Source: the human T2T-CHM13v2.0 reference genome, Homo sapiens
Reading direction: 5' to 3' (one strand)
Length of the DNA stretch: 64,000 bases
Assembly: GCF_009914755.1 (NCBI RefSeq)
Contig: NC_060946.1
In this document: positions 39,616 through 54,600 of the stretch, piece by piece
How the letters are laid out: each line of letters opens with the position of its first letter
Numbering within the stretch: position 1 is the first letter of the stretch
Made by a program: the position numbers and the translations under genes
Notes under the pieces: generated by a model
Told to the model about the DNA's origin: nothing
Seen by the model: only the letters and a program-made list of their open reading frames with translations
Database searches by the model: none

Positions 39616-39632
39616 TCCCGTTTCCAATGAAA
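39616..39632 (-). other. Mutated CENP-B box (C>T at 39628), predicted non-binding
   Basis: Same change as 36900, exactly 2728 bp (2 HORs) downstream. Confidence 0.88.
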
Positions 39633-42600
39633 TCCTCCAAGCTATCCAAATATCCACTTGCAGATTCCACAGAAAGACTGTTTCAAAACTGCTCTGTCAA
39701 TAGAAAGGTTCAACTCTGTTAGCTGCGTGCATATATCCCAAAGAAGATTCTGAGATTGCTTCTGTCTAGTTTTTATGGGAAGATATTTCCCTTTTCACCG
39801 TAGGCGTCAAGGCGCTCCAAATGTCCACTTCCAGATACTACAAAAAGAGTGTTTCAAACCTACTCTGTGAAAGCGAATATTCAACTCTGTGACTTGAATG
39901 CACATATCACAAAGAAGTTTCTGAGAATGCTTCTGTCGAGATTTTATATGAAGATATTCCCGTTTCCAACGAAATCCTGAAATCTATCCAAATATCCCCT
40001 CGCAGATTCTACAAAAAGAGTGTTTCAAAACTGCTCTGTAAAAAGAAAGGTTCAACTCTGTTAGTTGAGTACACACATCACAAACAAGTTTCACAGAATG
40101 CTTCTTTCTAGCTTGTAGGGGAAGATATTCCCTTTATCACCATGGGCCTCCAACCGTCCGAAACGTCCACTTCCATATACTACCAAAAGAGCGTTTCAAA
40201 CCTGCTCTAGGAAAGGCAATGTTCAACTCTGTGACTTGAATGCAGACATCACAGAGCAGTTTCTGAGAATGCTTCTGTCTAGATTTTATAGGAAGATATT
40301 CCCGTTTCCAACGAAATCTTCACAGCTATCCAAATATCCACTTGCAGATTCTACAAAAAGAGTGTATCAAAACTGCTCTGTCAAAAGGAAGGTTCTTCTC
40401 TGTTAGGTGAGTGCATACGTCATAAAGGAGTTTCTGAGAATGTTTCTGTCTAGTGGTTATGGGAAGATATTTGCTTTTTCACCGTAGGCCTCAGAGCGCT
40501 CCAAATATCCACTTGCACATACTACAAAAAGAGTGCCTCAAAGCTGCTCTCTGAAACGGAATGTTCAACTCTATGAGTTGAATGCAAACATCACAAAGAC
40601 GTTTCTGAGAATGCTTCTGTCTAGATTTGATATGAAGATATTCCCGTTTCCAACGAAATCTTCAAATCTATCCAAATGTCCACTTGCAGATTCAACAAAA
40701 AGTGTTTTTCAGAACTGCTCTATCAAAAGAAAGATCCACCTCTGTTAGCTGAGTTCACACATCACAAACAAGTTTATGAGAATGCTTCTGTCTAGTTTTT
40801 ATTTGAAGATATTTCCTTTCTCACCATAGACCTGAAAGCTGTCCTAATGTTCACTTCCAGATACTACAGAAAGAGTGTTTCAAAACTGCTGTACGAAAGG
40901 GAATGTTCAACTCTGTGACTTGAATGCACACATCACAAAGAAGTTTCTGAGGATGCTGCTGTCTACTTTTTATACGTAATCCCGTTTCCAACGAAATCCT
41001 CCAAGCTATCCAAATATCCACTTGCAGATTCCACAGAAAGACTGTTTCAAAACTGCTCTGTCAATAGAAAGGTTCAACTCTGTTAGCTGCGTGCATATAT
41101 CCCAAAGAAGATTCTGAGATTCCTTCTGTCTAGTTTTTATGGGAAGATATTTCCCTTTTCACCGTAGGCGTCAAGGCGCTCCAAATGTCCACTTCCAGAT
41201 ACTACAAAAAGAGTGTTTCAAACCTACTCTGTGAAAGGGAATATTCAACTCTGTGACTTGAATGCACATATCACAAAGAAGTTTCTGAGAATGCTTCTGT
41301 CGAGATTTTATATGAAGATATTCCCGTTTCCAACGAAATCCTGAAATCTATCCAAATATCCCCTCGCAGATTCTACAAAAAGAGTGTTTCAAAACTGCTC
41401 TGTAAAAAGAAAGGTTCAACTCTGTTAGTTGAGTACACACATCACAAACAAGTTTCACAGAATGCTTCTTTCTAGCTTGTAGGGGAAGATATTCCCTTTA
41501 TCACCATGGTCCTCAAACCGTCCGAAACGTCCACTTCCATATACTACAAAAAGAGCGTTTCAAACCTGCTCTAGGAAAGGCAATGTTCAACTCTGTGACT
41601 TGAATGCAGACATCACAGAACAGTTTCTGAGAATGCTTCTGTCTAGATTTTATAGGAAGATATTCCCGTTTCCAACGAAATCTTCACAGCTATCCAAATA
41701 TCCACTTGCAGATTCTACAAAAAGAGTGTATCAAAACTGCTCTGTCAAAAGGAAGGTTCTTCTCTGTTAGGTGAGTGCATACGTCATAAAGGAGTTTCTG
41801 AGAATGTTTCTGTCTAGTGGTTATGGGAAGATATTTGCTTTTTCACCGTAGGCCTCAGAGCGCTCCAAATATCCACTTGCACATACTACAAAAAGAGTGC
41901 CTCAAAGCTGCTCTCTGAAACGGAATGTTCAACTCTATGAGTTGAATGCAAACATCACAAAGACGTTTCTGAGAATGCTTCTGTCTAGATTTGATATGAA
42001 GATATTCCCGTTTCCAACGAAATCTTCAAATCTATCCAAATGTCCACTTGCAGATTCAACAAAAAGTGTTTTTCAGAACTGCTCTATCAAAAGAAAGATC
42101 CACCTCTGTTAGCTGAGTTCACACATCACAAACAAGTTTATGAGAATGCTTCTGTCTAGTTTTTATTTGAAGATATTTCCTTTCTCACCATAGACCTGAA
42201 AGCTGTCCTAATGTTCACTTCCAGATACTACAGAAAGAGTGTTTAAAAACTGCTGTACGAAAGGGAATGTTCAACTCTGTGACTTGAATGCACACATCAC
42301 AAAGAAGTTTCTGAGGATGCTGCTGTCTACTTTTTATACGTAATCCCGTTTCCAACGAAATCCTCCAAGCTATCCAAATATCCACTTGCAGATTCCACAG
42401 AAAGACTGTTTCAAAACTGCTCTGTCAATAGAAAGGTTCAACTCTGTTAGCTGCGTGCATATATCCCAAAGAAGATTCTGAGATTGCTTCTGTCTAGTTT
42501 TTATGGGAAGATATTTCCCTTTTCACCGTAGGCGTCAAGGCGCTCCAAATGTCCACTTCCAGATACTACAAAAAGAGTGTTTCAAACCTACTCTGTGAAA

Positions 42601-45600
42601 GCGAATATTCAACTCTGTGACTTGAATGCACATATCACAAAGAAGTTTCTGAGAATGCTTCTGTCGAGATTTTATATGAAGATATTCCCGTTTCCAACGA
42701 AATCCTGAAATCTATCCAAATATCCCCTCGCAGATTCTACAAAAAGAGTGTTTCAAAACTGCTCTGTAAAAAGAAAGGTTCAACTCTGTTAGTTGAGTAC
42801 ACACATCACAAACAAGTTTCACAGAATGCTTCTTTCTAGCTTGTAGGGGAAGATATTCCCTTTATCACCATGGGCCTCCAACCGTCCGAAACGTCCACTT
42901 CCATATACTACCAAAAGAGCGTTTCAAACCTGCTCTAGGAAAGGCAATGTTCAACTCTGTGACTTGAATGCAGACATCACAGAGCAGTTTCTGAGAATGC
43001 TTCTGTCTAGATTTTATAGGAAGATATTCCCGTTTCCAACGAAATCTTCACAGCTATCCAAATATCCACTTGCAGATTCTACAAAAAGAGTGTATCAAAA
43101 CTGCTCTGTCAAAAGGAAGGTTCTTCTCTGTTAGGTGAGTGCATACGTCATAAAGGAGTTTCTGAGAATGTTTCTGTCTAGTGGTTATGGGAAGATATTT
43201 GCTTTTTCACCGTAGGCCTCAGAGCGCTCCAAATATCCACTTGCACATACTACAAAAAGAGTGCCTCAAAGCTGCTCTCTGAAACGGAATGTTCAACTCT
43301 ATGAGTTGAATGCAAACATCACAAAGACGTTTCTGAGAATGCTTCTGTCTAGATTTGATATGAAGATATTCCCGTTTCCAACGAAATCTTCAAATCTATC
43401 CAAATGTCCACTTGCAGATTCAACAAAAAGTGTTTTTCAGAACTGCTCTATCAAAAGAAAGATCCACCTCTGTTAGCTGAGTTCACACATCACAAACAAG
43501 TTTATGAGAATGCTTCTGTCTAGTTTTTATTTGAAGATATTTCCTTTCTCACCATAGACCTGAAAGCTGTCCTAATGTTCACTTCCAGATACTACAGAAA
43601 GAGTGTTTCAAAACTGCTGTACGAAAGGGAATGTTCAACTCTGTGACTTGAATGCACACATCACAAAGAAGTTTCTGAGGATGCTGCTGTCTACTTTTTA
43701 TACGTAATCCCGTTTCCAACGAAATCCTCCAAGCTATCCAAATATCCACTTGCAGATTCCACAGAAAGACTGTTTCAAAACTGCTCTGTCAATAGAAAGG
43801 TTCAACTCTGTTAGCTGCGTGCATATATCCCAAAGAAGATTCTGAGATTGCTTCTGTCTAGTTTTTATGGGAAGATATTTCCCTTTTCACCGTAGGCGTC
43901 AAGGCGCTCCAAATGTCCACTTCCAGATACTACAAAAAGAGTGTTTCAAACCTACTCTGTGAAAGGGAATATTCAACTCTGTGACTTGAATGCACATATC
44001 ACAAAGAAGTTTCTGAGAATGCTTCTGTCGAGATTTTATATGAAGATATTCCCGTTTCCAACGAAATCCTGAAATCTATCCAAATATCCCCTCGCAGATT
44101 CTACAAAAAGAGTGTTTCAAAACTGCTCTGTAAAAAGAAAGGTTCAACTCTGTTAGTTGAGTACACACATCACAAACAAGTTTCACAGAATGCTTCTTTC
44201 TAGCTTGTAGGGGAAGATATTCCCTTTATCACCATGGGCCTCCAACCGTCCGAAACGTCCACTTCCATATACTACAAAAAGAGCGTTTCAAACCTGCTCT
44301 ATGAAAGGCAATGTTCAACTCTGTGACTTGAATGCAGACATCACAGAGCAGTTTCTGAGAATGCTTCTGTCTAGATTTTATAGGAAGATATTCCCGTTTC
44401 CAACGAAATCTTCACAGCTATCCAAATATCCACTTGCAGATTCTACAAAAAGAGTGTATCAAAACTGCTCTGTCAAAAGGAAGGTTCTTCTCTGTTAGGT
44501 GAGTGCATACGTCATAAAGGAGTTTCTGAGAATGTTTCTGTCTAGTGGTTATGGGAAGATATTTGCTTTTTCACCGTAGGCCTCAGAGCGCTCCAAATAT
44601 CCACTTGCACATACTACAAAAAGAGTGCCTCAAAGCTGCTCTTTGAAACGGAATGTTCAACTCTATGAGTTGAATGCAAACATCACAAAGACGTTTCTGA
44701 GAATGCTTCTGTCTAGATTTGATATGAAGATATTCCCGTTTCCAACGAAATCTTCAAATCTATCCAAATGTCCACTTGCAGATTCAACAAAAAGTGTTTT
44801 TCAGAACTGCTCTATCAAAAGAAAGATCCACATCTGTTAGCTGAGTTCACACATCACAAACAAGTTTATGAGAATGCTTCTGTCTAGTTTTTATTTGAAG
44901 ATATTTCCTTTCTCACCATAGACCTGAAAGCTGTCCTAATGTTCACTTCCAGATACTACAGAAAGAGTGTTTCAAAACTGCTGTATGAAAGGGAATGTTC
45001 AACTCTGTGACTTGAATGCACACATCACAAAGAAGTTTCTGAGGATGCTGCTGTCTACTTTTTATATGTAATCCCGTTTCCAACGAAATCCTCCAAGCTA
45101 TCCAAATATCCACTTGCAGATTCCACAGAAAGACTGTTTCAAAACTGCTCTGTCAATAGAAAGGTTCAACTCTGTTAGCTGCGTGCATATATCCCAAAGA
45201 AGATTCTGAGATTGCTTCTGTCTAGTTTTTATGGGAAGATATTTCCCTTTTCACCGTAGGCGTCAAGGCGCTCCAAATGTCCACTTCCAGATACTACAAA
45301 AAGAGTGTTTCAAACCTACTCTGTGAAAGGGAATATTCAACTCTGTGACTTGAATGCACATATCACAAAGAAGTTTCTGAGAATGCTTCTGTCGAGATTT
45401 TATATGAAGATATTCCCGTTTCCAACGAAATCCTGAAATCTATCCAAATATCCCCTCGCAGATTCTACAAAAAGAGTGTTTCAAAACTGCTCTGTAAAAA
45501 GAAAGGTTCAACTCTGTTAGTTGAGTACACACATCACAAACAAGTTTCACAGAATGCTTCTTTCTAGCTTGTAGGGGAAGATATTCCCTTTATCACCATG

Positions 45601-48600
45601 GGCCTCCAACCGTCCGAAACGTCCACTTCCATATACTACCAAAAGAGCGTTTCAAACCTGCTCTAGGAAAGGCAATGTTCAACTCTGTGACTTGAATGCA
45701 GACATCACAGAGCAGTTTCTGAGAATGCTTCTGTCTAGATTTTATAGGAAGATATTCCCGTTTCCAACGAAATCTTCACAGCTATCCAAATATCCACTTG
45801 CAGATTCTACAAAAAGAGTGTATCAAAACTGCTCTGTCAAAAGGAAGGTTCTTCTCTGTTAGGTGAGTGCATACGTCATAAAGGAGTTTCTGAGAATGTT
45901 TCTGTCTAGTGGTTATGGGAAGATATTTGCTTTTTCACCGTAGGCCTCAGAGCGCTCCAAATATCCACTTGCACATACTACAAAAAGAGTGCCTCAAAGC
46001 TGCTCTCTGAAACGGAATGTTCAACTCTATGAGTTGAATGCAAACATCACAAAGACGTTTCTGAGAATGCTTCTGTCTAGATTTGATATGAAGATATTCC
46101 CGTTTCCAACGAAATCTTCAAATCTATCCAAATGTCCACTTGCAGATTCAACAAAAAGTGTTTTTCAGAACTGCTCTATCAAAAGAAAGATCCACCTCTG
46201 TTAGCTGAGTTCACACATCACAAACAAGTTTATGAGAATGCTTCTGTCTAGTTTTTATTTGAAGATATTTCCTTTCTCACCATAGACCTGAAAGCTGTCC
46301 TAATGTTCACTTCCAGATACTACAGAAAGAGTGTTTCAAAACTGCTGTACGAAAGGGAATGTTCAACTCTGTGACTTGAATGCACACATCACAAAGAAGT
46401 TTCTGAGGATGCTGCTGTCTACTTTTTATACGTAATCCCGTTTCCAACGAAATCCTCCAAGCTATCCAAATATCCACTTGCAGATTCCACAGAAAGACTG
46501 TTTCAAAACTGCTCTGTCAATAGAAAGGTTCAACTCTGTTAGCTGCGTGCATATATCCCAAAGAAGATTCTGAGATTCCTTCTGTCTAGTTTTTATGGGA
46601 AGATATTTCCCTTTTCACCGTAGGCGTCAAGGCGCTCCAAATGTCCACTTCCAGATACTACAAAAAGAGTGTTTCAAACCTACTCTGTGAAAGGGAATAT
46701 TCAACTCTGTGACTTGAATGCACATATCACAAAGAAGTTTCTGAGAATGCTTCTGTCGAGATTTTATATGAAGATATTCCCGTTTCCAACGAAATCCTGA
46801 AATCTATCCAAATATCCCCTCGCAGATTCTACAAAAAGAGTGTTTCAAAACTGCTCTGTAAAAAGAAAGGTTCAACTCTGTTAGTTGAGTACACACATCA
46901 CAAACAAGTTTCACAGAATGCTTCTTTCTAGCTTGTAGGGGAAGATATTCCCTTTATCACCATGGTCCTCAAACCGTCCGAAACGTCCACTTCCATATAC
47001 TACAAAAAGAGCGTTTCAAACCTGCTCTAGGAAAGGCAATGTTAAACTCTGTGACTTGAATGCAGACATCACAGAGCAGTTTCTGAGAATGCTTCTGTCT
47101 AGATTTTATAGGAAGATATTCCCGTTTCCAACGAAATCTTCACAGCTATCCAAATATCCACTTGCAGATTCTACAAAAAGAGTGTATCAAAACTGCTCTG
47201 TCAAAAGGAAGGTTCTTCTCTGTTAGGTGAGTGCATACGTCATAAAGGAGTTTCTGAGAATGTTTCTGTCTAGTGGTTATGGGAAGATATTTGCTTTTTC
47301 ACCGTAGGCCTCAGAGCGCTCCAAATATCCACTTGCACATACTACAAAAAGAGTGCCTCAAAGCTGCTCTCTGAAACGGAATGTTCAACTCTATGAGTTG
47401 AATGCAAACATCACAAAGACGTTTCTGAGAATGCTTCTGTCTAGATTTGATATGAAGATATTCCCGTTTCCAACGAAATCTTCAAATCTATCCAAATGTC
47501 CACTTGCAGATTCAACAAAAAGTGTTTTTCAGAACTGCTGTATCAAAAGAAAGATCCACGTCTGTTAGCTGAGTTCACACATCACAAACAAGTTTATGAG
47601 AATGCTTCTGTCTAGTTTTTATTTGAAGATATTTCCTTTCTCACCATAGACCTGAAAGCTGTCCTAATGTTCACTTCCAGATACTACAGAAAGAGTGTTT
47701 CAAAACTGCTGTACGAAAGGGAATTTTCAACTCTGTGACTTGAATGCACACATCACAAAGAAGTTTCTGAGGATGCTGCTGTCTACTTTTTATACGTAAT
47801 CCCGTTTCCAACGAAATCCTCCAAGCTATCCAAATATCCACTTGCAGATTCCACAGAAAGACTGTTTCAAAACTGCTCTGTCAATAGAAAGGTTCAACTC
47901 TGTTAGCTGCGTGCATATATCCCAAAGAAGATTCTGAGATTGCTTCTGTCTAGTTTTTATGGGAAGATATTTCCCTTTTCACCGTAGGCGTCAAGGCGCT
48001 CCAAATGTCCACTTCCAGATACTACAAAAAGAGTGTTTCAAACCTACTCTGTGAAAGGGAATATTCAACTCTGTGACTTGAATGCACATATCACAAAGAA
48101 GTTTCTGAGAATGCTTCTGTCGAGATTTTATATGAAGATATTCCCGTTTCCAACGAAATCCTGAAATCTATCCAAATATCCCCTCGCAGATTCTACAAAA
48201 AGAGTGTTTCAAAACTGCTCTGTAAAAAGAAAGGTTCAACTCTGTTAGTTGAGTACACACATCACAAACAAGTTTCACAGAATGCTTCTTTCTAGCTTGT
48301 AGGGGAAGATATTCCCTTTATCACCATGGTCCTCAAACCGTCCGAAACGTCCACTTCCATATACTACAAAAAGAGCGTTTCAAACCTGCTCTAGGAAAGG
48401 CAATGTTCAACTCTGTGACTTGAATGCAGACATCACAGAACAGTTTCTGAGAATGCTTCTGTCTAGATTTTATAGGAAGATATTCCCGTTTCCAACGAAA
48501 TCTTCACAGCTATCCAAATATCCACTTGCAGATTCTACAAAAAGAGTGTATCAAAACTGCTCTGTCAAAAGGAAGGTTCTTCTCTGTTAGGTGAGTGCAT

Positions 48601-51600
48601 ACGTCATAAAGGAGTTTCTGAGAATGTTTCTGTCTAGTGGTTATGGGAAGATATTTGCTTTTTCACCGTAGGCCTCAGAGCGCTCCAAATATCCACTTGC
48701 ACATACTACAAAAAGAGTGCCTCAAAGCTGCTCTCTGAAACGGAATGTTCAACTCTATGAGTTGAATGCAAACATCACAAAGACGTTTCTGAGAATGCTT
48801 CTGTCTAGATTTGATATGAAGATATTCCCGTTTCCAACGAAATCTTCAAATCTATCCAAATGTCCACTTGCAGATTCAACAAAAAGTGTTTTTCAGAACT
48901 GCTCTATCAAAAGAAAGATCCACCTCTGTTAGCTGAGTTCACACATCACAAACAAGTTTATGAGAATGCTTCTGTCTAGTTTTTATTTGAAGATATTTCC
49001 TTTCTCACCATAGACCTGAAAGCTGTCCTAATGTTCACTTCCAGATACTACAGAAAGAGTGTTTCAAAACTGCTGTACGAAAGGGAATGTTCAACTCTGT
49101 GACTTGAATGCACACATCACAAAGAAGTTTCTGAGGATGCTGCTGTCTACTTTTTATACGTAATCCCGTTTCCAACGAAATCCTCCAAGCTATCCAAATA
49201 TCCACTTGCAGATTCCACAGAAAGACTGTTTCAAAACTGCTCTGTCAATAGAAAGGTTCAACTCTGTTAGCTGCGTGCATATATCCCAAAGAAGATTCTG
49301 AGATTGCTTCTGTCTAGTTTTTATGGGAAGATATTTCCCTTTTCACCGTAGGCGTCAAGGCGCTCCAAATGTCCACTTCCAGATACTACAAAAAGAGTGT
49401 TTCAAACCTACTCTGTGAAAGCGAATATTCAACTCTGTGACTTGAATGCACATATCACAAAGAAGTTTCTGAGAATGCTTCTGTCGAGATTTTATATGAA
49501 GATATTCCCGTTTCCAACGAAATCCTGAAATCTATCCAAATATCCCCTCGCAGATTCTACAAAAAGAGTGTTTCAAAACTGCTCTGTAAAAAGAAAGGTT
49601 CAACTCTGTTAGTTGAGTACACACATCACAAACAAGTTTCACAGAATGCTTCTTTCTAGCTTGTAGGGGAAGATATTCCCTTTATCACCATGGGCCTCCA
49701 ACCGTCCGAAACGTCCACTTCCATATACTACCAAAAGAGCGTTTCAAACCTGCTCTAGGAAAGGCAATGTTCAACTCTGTGACTTGAATGCAGACATCAC
49801 AGAGCAGTTTCTGAGAATGCTTCTGTCTAGATTTTATAGGAAGATATTCCCGTTTCCAACGAAATCTTCACAGCTATCCAAATATCCACTTGCAGATTCT
49901 ACAAAAAGAGTGTATCAAAACTGCTCTGTCAAAAGGAAGGTTCTTCTCTGTTAGGTGAGTGCATACGTCATAAAGGAGTTTCTGAGAATGTTTCTGTCTA
50001 GTGGTTATGGGAAGATATTTGCTTTTTCACCGTAGGCCTCAGAGCGCTCCAAATATCCACTTGCACATACTACAAAAAGAGTGCCTCAAAGCTGCTCTCT
50101 GAAACGGAATGTTCAACTCTATGAGTTGAATGCAAACATCACAAAGACGTTTCTGAGAATGCTTCTGTCTAGATTTGATATGAAGATATTCCCGTTTCCA
50201 ACGAAATCTTCAAATCTATCCAAATGTCCACTTGCAGATTCAACAAAAAGTGTTTTTCAGAACTGCTCTATCAAAAGAAAGATCCACCTCTGTTAGCTGA
50301 GTTCACACATCACAAACAAGTTTATGAGAATGCTTCTGTCTAGTTTTTATTTGAAGATATTTCCTTTCTCACCATAGACCTGAAAGCTGTCCTAATGTTC
50401 ACTTCCAGATACTACAGAAAGAGTGTTTCAAAACTGCTGTACGAAAGGGAATGTTCAACTCTGTGACTTGAATGCACACATCACAAAGAAGTTTCTGAGG
50501 ATGCTGCTGTCTACTTTTTATACGTAATCCCGTTTCCAACGAAATCCTCCAAGCTATCCAAATATCCACTTGCAGATTCCACAGAAAGACTGTTTCAAAA
50601 CTGCTCTGTCAATAGAAAGGTTCAACTCTGTTAGCTGCGTGCATATATCTCAAAGAAGATTCTGAGATTGCTTCTGTCTAGTTTTTATGGGAAGATATTT
50701 CCCTTTTCACCGTAGGCGTCAAGGCGCTCCAAATGTCCACTTCCAGATACTACAAAAAGAGTGTTTCAAACCTACTCTGTGAAAGGGAATATTCAACTCT
50801 GTGACTTGAATGCACATATCACAAAGAAGTTTCTGAGAATGCTTCTGTCGAGATTTTATATGAAGATGTTCCCGTTTCCAACGAAATCCTGAAATCTATC
50901 CAAATATCACCTCGCAGATTCTACAAAAAGAGTGTTTCAAAACTGCTCTGTAAAAAGAAAGTTTCAACTCTGTTACTTGAGTACACACATCACAAACAAG
51001 TTTCACAGAATGCTTCTTTCTAGCTTGTAGGGGAAGATATTCCCTTTATCACCATGGTCCTCAAACCGTCCGAAACGTCCACTTCCATATACTACAAAAA
51101 GAGCGTTTCAAACCTGCTCTATGAAAGGCAATGTTCAACTCTGTGACTTGAATGCAGACATCACAGAGCAGTTTCTGAGAATGCTTCTGTCTAGATTTTA
51201 TAGGAAGATATTCCCGTTTCCAACGAAATCTTCACAGCTATCCAAATATCCACTTGCAGATTCTACAAAAAGAGTGTATCAAAACTGCTCTGTCAAAAGG
51301 AAGGTTCTTCTCTGTTAGGTGAGTGCATACGTCATAAAGGAGTTTCTGAGAATGTTTCTGTCTAGTGGTTATGGGAAGATATTTGCTTTTTCACCGTAGG
51401 CCTCAGAGCGCTCCAAATATCCACTTGCACATACTACAAAAAGAGTGCCTCAAAGCTGCTCTCTGAAACGGAATGTTCAACTCTATGAGTTGAATGCAAA
51501 CATCACAAAGACGTTTCTGAGAATGCTTCTGTCTAGATTTGATATGAAGATATTCCCGTTTCCAACGAAATCTTCAAATCTATCCAAATGTCCACTTGCA

Positions 51601-54600
51601 GATTCAACAAAAAGTGTTTTTCAGAACTGCTCTATCAAAAGAAAGATCCACCTCTGTTAGCTGAGTTCACACATCACAAACAAGTTTATGAGAATGCTTC
51701 TGTCTAGTTTTTATTTGAAGATATTTCCTTTCTCACCATAGACCTGAAAGCTGTCCTAATGTTCACTTCCAGATACTACAGAAAGAGTGTTTCAAAACTG
51801 CTGTACGAAAGGGAATGTTCAACTCTGTGACTTGAATGCACACATCACAAAGAAGTTTCTGAGGATGCTGCTGTCTACTTTTTATACGTAATCCCGTTTC
51901 CAACGAAATCCTCCAAGCTATCCAAATATCCACTTGCAGATTCCACAGAAAGACTGTTTCAAAACTGCTCTGTCAATAGAAAGGTTCAACTCTGTTAGCT
52001 GCGTGCATATATCTCAAAGAAGATTCTGAGATTGCTTCTGTCTAGTTTTTATGGGAAGATATTTCCCTTTTCACCGTAGGCGTCAAGGCGCTCCAAATGT
52101 CCACTTCCAGATACTACAAAAAGAGTGTTTCAAACCTACTCTGTGAAAGGGAATATTCAACTCTGTGACTTGAATGCACATATCACAAAGAAGTTTCTGA
52201 GAATGCTTCTGTCGAGATTTTATATGAAGATGTTCCCGTTTCCAACGAAATCCTGAAATCTATCCAAATATCACCTCGCAGATTCTACAAAAAGAGTGTT
52301 TCAAAACTGCTCTGTAAAAAGAAAGGTTCAACTCTGTTAGTTGAGTACACACATCACAAACAAGTTTCACAGAATGCTTCTTTCTAGCTTGTAGGGGAAG
52401 ATATTCCCTTTATCACCATGGTCCTCAAACCGTCCGAAACGTCCACTTCCATATACTACAAAAAGAGCGTTTCAAACCTGCTCTATGAAAGGCAATGTTC
52501 AACTCTGTGACTTGAATGCAGACATCACAGAGCAGTTTCTGAGAATGCTTCTGTCTAGATTTTATAGGAAGATATTCCCGTTTCCAACGAAATCTTCACA
52601 GCTATCCAAATATCCACTTGCAGATTCTACAAAAAGAGTGTATCAAAACTGCTCTGTCAAAAGGAAGGTTCTTCTCTGTTAGGTGAGTGCATACGTCATA
52701 AAGGAGTTTCTGAGAATGTTTCTGTCTAGTGGTTATGGGAAGATATTTGCTTTTTCACCGTAGGCCTCAGAGCGCTCCAAATATCCACTTGCACATACTA
52801 CAAAAAGAGTGCCTCAAAGCTGCTCTCTGAAACGGAATGTTCAACTCTATGAGTTGAATGCAAACATCACAAAGACGTTTCTGAGAATGCTTCTGTCTAG
52901 ATTTGATATGAAGATATTCCCGTTTCCAACGAAATCTTCAAATCTATCCAAATGTCCACTTGCAGATTCAACAAAAAGTGTTTTTCAGAACTGCTCTATC
53001 AAAAGAAAGATCCACCTCTGTTAGCTGAGTTCACACATCACAAACAAGTTTATGAGAATGCTTCTGTCTAGTTTTTATTTGAAGATATTTCCTTTCTCAC
53101 CATAGACCTGAAAGCTGTCCTAATGTTCACTTCCAGATACTACAGAAAGAGTGTTTCAAAACTGCTGTACGAAAGGGAATGTTCAACTCTGTGACTTGAA
53201 TGCACACATCACAAAGAAGTTTCTGAGGATGCTGCTGTCTACTTTTTATACGTAATCCCGTTTCCAACGAAATCCTCCAAGCTATCCAAATATCCACTTG
53301 CAGATTCCACAGAAAGACTGTTTCAAAACTGCTCTGTCAATAGAAAGGTTCAACTCTGTTAGCTGCGTGCATATATCCCAAAGAAGATTCTGAGATTGCT
53401 TCTGTCTAGTTTTTATGGGAAGATATTTCCCTTTTCACCGTAGGCGTCAAGGCGCTCCAAATGTCCACTTCCAGATACTACAAAAAGAGTGTTTCAAACC
53501 TACTCTGTGAAAGGGAATATTCAACTCTGTGACTTGAATGCACATATCACAAAGAAGTTTCTGAGAATGCTTCTGTCGAGATTTTATATGAAGATATTCC
53601 CGTTTCCAACGAAATCCTGAAATCTATCCAAATATCCCCTCGCAGATTCTACAAAAAGAGTGTTTCAAAACTGTTCTGTAAAAAGAAAGGTTCAACTCTG
53701 TTAGTTGAGTACACACATCACAAACAAGTATCACAGAATGCTTCTTTCTAGCTTGTAGGGGAAGATATTCCCTTTATCACCATGGGCCTCAAACCGTCCG
53801 AAACGTCCACTTCCATATACTTCAAAAAGAGCGTTTCAAACCTGCTCTATGAAAGGCAATGTTCAACTCTGTGACTTGAATGCAGACATCACAGAGCTGT
53901 TTATGAGAATGCTTCTGTCTAGATTTTATAGGATGATATTCCCGTTTCCAACGAAATCTTCACAGCTATCCAAATATCCACTTGCAGATTCTACAAAAAG
54001 AGTGTATCCAAACTGCTCTGGCAAAAGGAAGGTTCTTCTCTGTTAGGTGAGTGCATACGTCATAAAGGAGTTTCTGAGAATGTTTCTGTCTAGTGGTTAT
54101 GGGAAGATATTTGCTTTTTCACCGTAGGCCTCAGAGCGCTCCAAATATCCACTTGCACATACTACAAAAAGAGTGCCTCAAAGCTGCTCTCTGAAATGGA
54201 ATGTTCAACTCTATGAGTTGAATGCAAACATCACAAAGACGTTTCTGAGAATGCTTCTGTCTAGATTTGATATGAAGATATTCCCGTTTCCAACGAAATC
54301 TTCAAATCTATCCAAATGTCCACTTGCAGATTCAACAAAAAGTGTTTTTCAGAACTGCTCTATCAAAAGAAAGATCCACCTCTGTTAGCTGAGTTCACAC
54401 ATCCAAACAAGTTTATGAGAATGCTTCTGTCTAGTTTTTATTTGAAGATATTTCCTTTCTCACCATAGACCTGAAAGCTGTCCTAATGTTCACTTCCAGA
54501 TACTACAGAAAGAGTGTTTAAAAACTGCTGTACGAAAGGGAATGTTCAACTCTGTGACTTGAATGCACACATCACAAAGAAGTTTCTGAGGATGCTGCTG

